Below, piece after piece: positions 60,052 to 64,000 of a stretch of 64,000 bases of DNA. How positions within the stretch are numbered: position 1 is the first letter of the stretch; each line of letters opens with the position of its first letter. The stretch is from positions 4,508,616-4,572,615 of the forward strand of contig OZ245843.1 of NCBI GenBank assembly GCA_965228875.1. The letters are read 5' to 3'. A program made the translations under genes and the position numbers. The notes under the pieces were generated by a model that worked only from the letters and a program-made list of their open reading frames with translations, made no database searches and was not told the origin of the DNA. This stretch comes from Thalassobaculaceae bacterium. GTDB lineage: Bacteria > Pseudomonadota > Alphaproteobacteria > Thalassobaculales > Thalassobaculaceae.

Positions 60052-60498
60052 ATGACGGCCGAGGCCCCCGTTCTCGACACCGTGTATCAGGACCGGCTGC
60101 TCGCGCTGGCCGATCCGATCGCCGCTGACGGTCGCGTCGTCGAGAATCCCGATGCCGAGGCTACGGCGGTGAGCCGCGCCTGCGGCAGCCGGGTGGCGAT
60201 CCAGGTGCGGTTCGACGGCGATACGGTCGTCGACTACGGCCAGCGGGTGGAGGCCTGCGCGCTCGGTTCCGCCGCGGCGTCGGCCGTCGGCGCCGCCGTG
60301 ATCGGCGCCCGTGTCGACGAGGTGCGTCAGGCGGGGGCGGCGATGGACGCGATGCTGAAGCGGGGCGGACCGCCGCCGGTCGGACGGTTCGCGGCGCTGT
60401 CGGCGCTGGAACCGGCCCGCGCCTTCGCCAACCGCCATGCCTCGGTCCTGCTCACGTTCAAGGCGCTGGAGAAGGCGTTCAGGGCGACCGGCAGGTGA
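60052..60498 (+). CDS. NifU-N/IscU-like scaffold protein
   Basis: SRACGS, ACALGSAAAS, RHASVLLTF. Confidence 0.8.
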   Translation: MTAEAPVLDTVYQDRLLALADPIAADGRVVENPDAEATAVSRACGSRVAIQVRFDGDTVVDYGQRVEACALGSAAASAVGAAVIGARVDEVRQAGAAMDAMLKRGGPPPVGRFAALSALEPARAFANRHASVLLTFKALEKAFRATGR

Positions 60499-60508
60499 GT
60501 ACGCCGCC

Positions 60509-61837
60509 ATGACCGACGCCCGGCGGGCCCGCCTGCTCGACGGCCCGATCCTGCCGACCCTGGCCGGGCTCGCGGCGCCCAACATCGCCGCTTCCTTCAT
60601 CCAGTCCTCGATCAGCATCGTCGAGGGCGCCTATCTCGGTCTGCTCGGCACCGTGGAACTGGCCGGCGTCGCCCTGGTCTTTCCGCTTTTCATGCTGACG
60701 ACCATGTATTCCTCCGGGGCCATCGGCGGCGCGGTGGCGGGGATGACGGCGCGGGCTCTCGGCGCCGACGACCGGGCGCGATCCGAGACGATCCTGCGCG
60801 CGGCACTGCTGGTCGCCCTCGCCATGTCGCTCGTCATGGCGTCTCTGGTCCTGTCCCTCGGTGTCCCGTTCTTCCGGCTGCTGGGCGGGGCGGGCGCGGT
60901 TCTCGACACCGCGGAGGCCTACGCCAGCCGACTGTTCGCCGGCATCGCCGCCATCTGGCTGTTCAACATGACCGCCAGCGTGCTGCGCGGGTCCGGAGAC
61001 ACGTTGCGGCCGGCCCTGGGGCTCACGCTGATCCTTGCGGTGCACGCGGCGGCATCGTGGCTGCTGATCGTGAAACTGGAGCTGGGGGTCGCCGGCGCCG
61101 GTCTGGCGCTGCCGGTCGCCTATGCGGCGGGGACGGTCTTCCTCGCGGTCTGGGTGCTGGGCGGCCGCGCCGCCGTCCGGCTCCGGGCAGGACCGGTGAC
61201 ATGGGGCGTTCTCGGCCCGCTGCTGCGCCAGGGCGGCCTCGCCGCGGTCCAGTCGACGTTGACCGTCGCCATGGCGCTGATCGTGACGGCGATCGTCGGC
61301 CGGCTCGGGGTCCACTGGCTCGCCGGCTACGGCATCGGCGTGCGCCTCGAGTTTCTGATGATCCCGATCATCTTCGGCGTCGGCGGCGCGCTGATCCCCA
61401 TGGTCGGCGTCAATGTCGGCGCCGGCCGGCGGGAACGGGCGATCCGCGTCGCCTGGACCGGGGTTGCCGTGGCGGCGGCCGCGATCGGGTCGTTCGGGCT
61501 CATCTTCGCGCTGCAGCCGGAGTGGTGGAGCCGCCTGTTCACCACCGAGCCGCAGACCCTGGCGGCGACGGCCCTCTACTTGCGCATCGTCGGGCCGTTC
61601 TACGTGTTCTTCGCCCTGGGGCTGTGCCTGTACTTCGCCAGCCAGGGGCTGGATTCGCTGATCTGGCCGGTGATCGGCACCGCCCTGCGCCTGCTGATCG
61701 TGCTCGGCGGCGGCGCCCTGCTGGTGGCGAGTGACGCGGCCACCCCGCAGGCGGTCTTCGCCGTCGTTGCGGGTGCGATGGCGGTGTATGGCCTGTTCAT
61801 CGCCGCGGCACTGCGCCTCGGACCCTGGCGGGCCTGA
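60509..61837 (+). CDS. MATE-family efflux transporter
   Basis: LAGVALVFP, LRGSGDT..P, AGYGIGVRLEFL, VGVNVGAG. Confidence 0.9.
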   Translation: MTDARRARLLDGPILPTLAGLAAPNIAASFIQSSISIVEGAYLGLLGTVELAGVALVFPLFMLTTMYSSGAIGGAVAGMTARALGADDRARSETILRAALLVALAMSLVMASLVLSLGVPFFRLLGGAGAVLDTAEAYASRLFAGIAAIWLFNMTASVLRGSGDTLRPALGLTLILAVHAAASWLLIVKLELGVAGAGLALPVAYAAGTVFLAVWVLGGRAAVRLRAGPVTWGVLGPLLRQGGLAAVQSTLTVAMALIVTAIVGRLGVHWLAGYGIGVRLEFLMIPIIFGVGGALIPMVGVNVGAGRRERAIRVAWTGVAVAAAAIGSFGLIFALQPEWWSRLFTTEPQTLAATALYLRIVGPFYVFFALGLCLYFASQGLDSLIWPVIGTALRLLIVLGGGALLVASDAATPQAVFAVVAGAMAVYGLFIAAALRLGPWRA

Positions 61838-61840
61838 CGC

Positions 61841-63364
61841 CTACCGTCGCAGCCGGATGACGAACATCAGCGGCAGCACCGCGAAGGATGTCAGGGTGAA
61901 GGCATAGAACGCGTTGAGGTAGCCGATCATCGCCGCCTGGCGGGCGATCTCGCCGGACAGCCCGGCGAGCGCCCCGGCACTGTCCAGCGACCACACCCGG
62001 AACAGCGACTCCTGGAACAGCATCGCCTCGTTGGTCGGGCGGGCGTTCGCGGTCAACTCGGCATAGTTCACCCGGGCACCGTTGAGGGCGATGGCGATGG
62101 CGATCGAGATGTAGATCGAACTGCCGAAGTTCCGCACCAGATGGAAGATGGCCGTCGCCTCGGCGGTCTTCTCCCGCGGCAGAGTGTTGAAGGTGACGAT
62201 CGTCAGTGGCACCCAGACCAGACCGACGCCGAGCCCCTGCAGCGCGCTGGTCCAGAGCACGTCGAAGGTGGTCAGGTTGATGCTGAATTGCGACATGTAC
62301 CAGCCGGCCACGCCCTGGAGCCCGAATCCCAGGATCAGCAGCGGTCGCGGGTCGAGCTTGTTGCCCCAGAACATGAAGAAGAACCCGAGCAGCGTGCCGA
62401 CGCCGCGCGCGCCGAGGATCAGGCCGATGATCGAATCCGGATAGCCCCGCACCCCCTGAAGCAGGGCCGGCAGCAGGGTCATGGGCGTGAAGTTCAGCAT
62501 GCCGAAGACGAACACCAGCACCAGGCCGATGGCGTAGTTGCGGTCGAGCAGCAGCTTGGGGTCGAGGAATGGCCGGTCGGCGGTCAGCGAGTGGGCGATG
62601 AACAGGTACAGCGCCAGGGCGGCCACCGCCGCGCAGAGCAGGATCGTCGTGCTGTCGAACCAGTCGAGCCGCTGGCCCTGATCCAGCATGAACTGGAAGG
62701 TGGCGATGAAGACGGCGAGCGTCAGGAAGCCGGTCCAGTCGAGATAGTTGGACGCCGCCTTGGAGCGGTCCTGGATGTAGAACAGCACCCCGGTGAGCGC
62801 CGCGAGGCCGCAGGGCACGATCATGAAGAACACCCAGCGCCAGTTGTAGACCTCCGACAGGTAGCCGCCGACCGTCGGCGCCAGAACCGGGCCGAGCACC
62901 ACGCCCATGCCGAACACCGCCATGGCGGAGCCCTGCTGATGCTTGGGGTAGCTGTCCATGACGATGGCCTGGCTGAGCGGCACCAGCGGGGCGCCGAACG
63001 CGCCCTGGAAAATGCGGGCGACCACCAGCAGCTCGAGGGACGGCGCCATGCCGCAGGCCAGCGAGGCCAGCGTGAAGCCGCTCACGCCCCAGATCAGGAT
63101 CGTGCGCCGGGAGAACCGGGCGGCCAGCCATCCGGTCATCGGCGTGGCGACGGCCGTGGCGATGATGTTGAAGGTCACCACAAGCGCGATCTGGTCGGTC
63201 GTCGCCGACAGCGCGCCCTGCATCTGCGGCAGCGACACGTTGGCGATGGTGACCGTCATCGCGTACAGCGCGGTCACCATGGTCAGCGTGGTCAGGATCA
63301 GGGCGCGGGTCAGAGCGTCCGGGCGGGCGTCTTCCGCGGGGTCGGCGATCGGTTCGGCGGTCAT
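61841..63364 (-). CDS. DHA2/EmrB-family MFS efflux transporter
   Basis: TIANVSLPQMQG, RIFQGAFGAPLVPLSQ, LGPVLAPTVGG, WRWVFF, RNFGSS. Confidence 0.92.
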   Translation of the reverse strand: MTAEPIADPAEDARPDALTRALILTTLTMVTALYAMTVTIANVSLPQMQGALSATTDQIALVVTFNIIATAVATPMTGWLAARFSRRTILIWGVSGFTLASLACGMAPSLELLVVARIFQGAFGAPLVPLSQAIVMDSYPKHQQGSAMAVFGMGVVLGPVLAPTVGGYLSEVYNWRWVFFMIVPCGLAALTGVLFYIQDRSKAASNYLDWTGFLTLAVFIATFQFMLDQGQRLDWFDSTTILLCAAVAALALYLFIAHSLTADRPFLDPKLLLDRNYAIGLVLVFVFGMLNFTPMTLLPALLQGVRGYPDSIIGLILGARGVGTLLGFFFMFWGNKLDPRPLLILGFGLQGVAGWYMSQFSINLTTFDVLWTSALQGLGVGLVWVPLTIVTFNTLPREKTAEATAIFHLVRNFGSSIYISIAIAIALNGARVNYAELTANARPTNEAMLFQESLFRVWSLDSAGALAGLSGEIARQAAMIGYLNAFYAFTLTSFAVLPLMFVIRLRR

Positions 63365-63466
63365 GGGGCCAGCTTATCGACTGACGCCGGCGATAACGAG
63401 AGGGCTGACGCGGCCGGGCGTGCGGCGCTAATCTCTGGGGCCAACCGATTTCCGGAGATCCTCGAC

Positions 63467-64000
63467 ATGGCCGACGCCGACCCCGCGCAGAGTGTTGCGA
63501 AACCCCACATCCGCGCGATGCCCGGCGGCGGCTTTCCGCCGACCCAGCGGGACTCGAAGTCGGGCATCGATCCGGCCGCGATCCGGCGGATGAACCTGAA
63601 CGAGTCGCCGTTCCCGCCGTCGCCGGTGGCCATCGCGGCGATGCAGGAGGCGGTGACGCGGGTGAACTACTACCCGGATCCCCAGTGGCGCGACCTGACG
63701 GCGGCGCTCGCGGCGCAGACCGGCCATCCGCAGGCGCGGATCGTCGTCGGCCACGGCTCCGACGAACTGATCGTCGCCGCCGGTCGCATCGCGCTGGCTC
63801 CGGGCGACGAGGTGGTGGTGCCGACCCCGTCCTTCCCGGGATACTCCAAATGCGCGGCGGTGAACGGCGCCACACTGGTTCCCGTCCGGGTGCGCCAGGA
63901 CGGGGCGGCGGACACCGACGGCATGCTGGCGGCGGTCACGCCGAAGACCCGTATCGTGTTCCTGGCGACGCCGAACAATCCGACGGGGGCGATGCTCACG
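63467..64000 (+). CDS. Histidinol-phosphate aminotransferase-like protein (3' truncated by window)
   Basis: Manual translation, not in the ORF track: MNLNESPFPPSP, NYYPD, GHGSDELI, PSFPGY, LATPNNPTG. Confidence 0.85.
   Translation, partial: MADADPAQSVAKPHIRAMPGGGFPPTQRDSKSGIDPAAIRRMNLNESPFPPSPVAIAAMQEAVTRVNYYPDPQWRDLTAALAAQTGHPQARIVVGHGSDELIVAAGRIALAPGDEVVVPTPSFPGYSKCAAVNGATLVPVRVRQDGAADTDGMLAAVTPKTRIVFLATPNNPTGAMLT

Noticed and set aside
60052..60498. IscU-like protein lacking the third Cys (RHAS) as a pseudogene or novelty
   Set aside because: The ORF is intact, and as far as I recall this substitution is typical of the alphaproteobacterial NifU-N-like family.

Overview
GC-rich alphaproteobacterial chromosome segment (gene order and protein families look Rhodospirillales-like; this is inference). 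1-13 kb is housekeeping: rpmH-rnpA-yidD-yidC-engB, argB, a DUF2336 gene, a diguanylate cyclase, dapD and dapE. About 13-38.4 kb is an atypical type VI secretion system (T6SS) locus. Its sheath subunits TssB and TssC are fused in one ORF through a ~155-aa helical linker, and no clpV/tssH gene is present. VgrG ends in ~18 His/Met-rich octapeptide repeats and is followed by a DUF2169-pentapeptide / pentapeptide / DUF3540 / DUF4150 cassette. TssM has a degenerate P-loop, and SPOR-domain and TPR-glycosyltransferase-like genes sit in the membrane-complex operons. No obvious toxin-immunity pair is visible. After the T6SS come a candidate ~100-nt sRNA, a leuCD-like/cobU/thiolase-DUF35 cluster, a REP-like palindrome, a partial pseudaminic-acid locus with an FlmG-like TPR-glycosyltransferase, and assorted metabolic and transport genes. 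All calls come from reading motifs by eye; no database searches were run.
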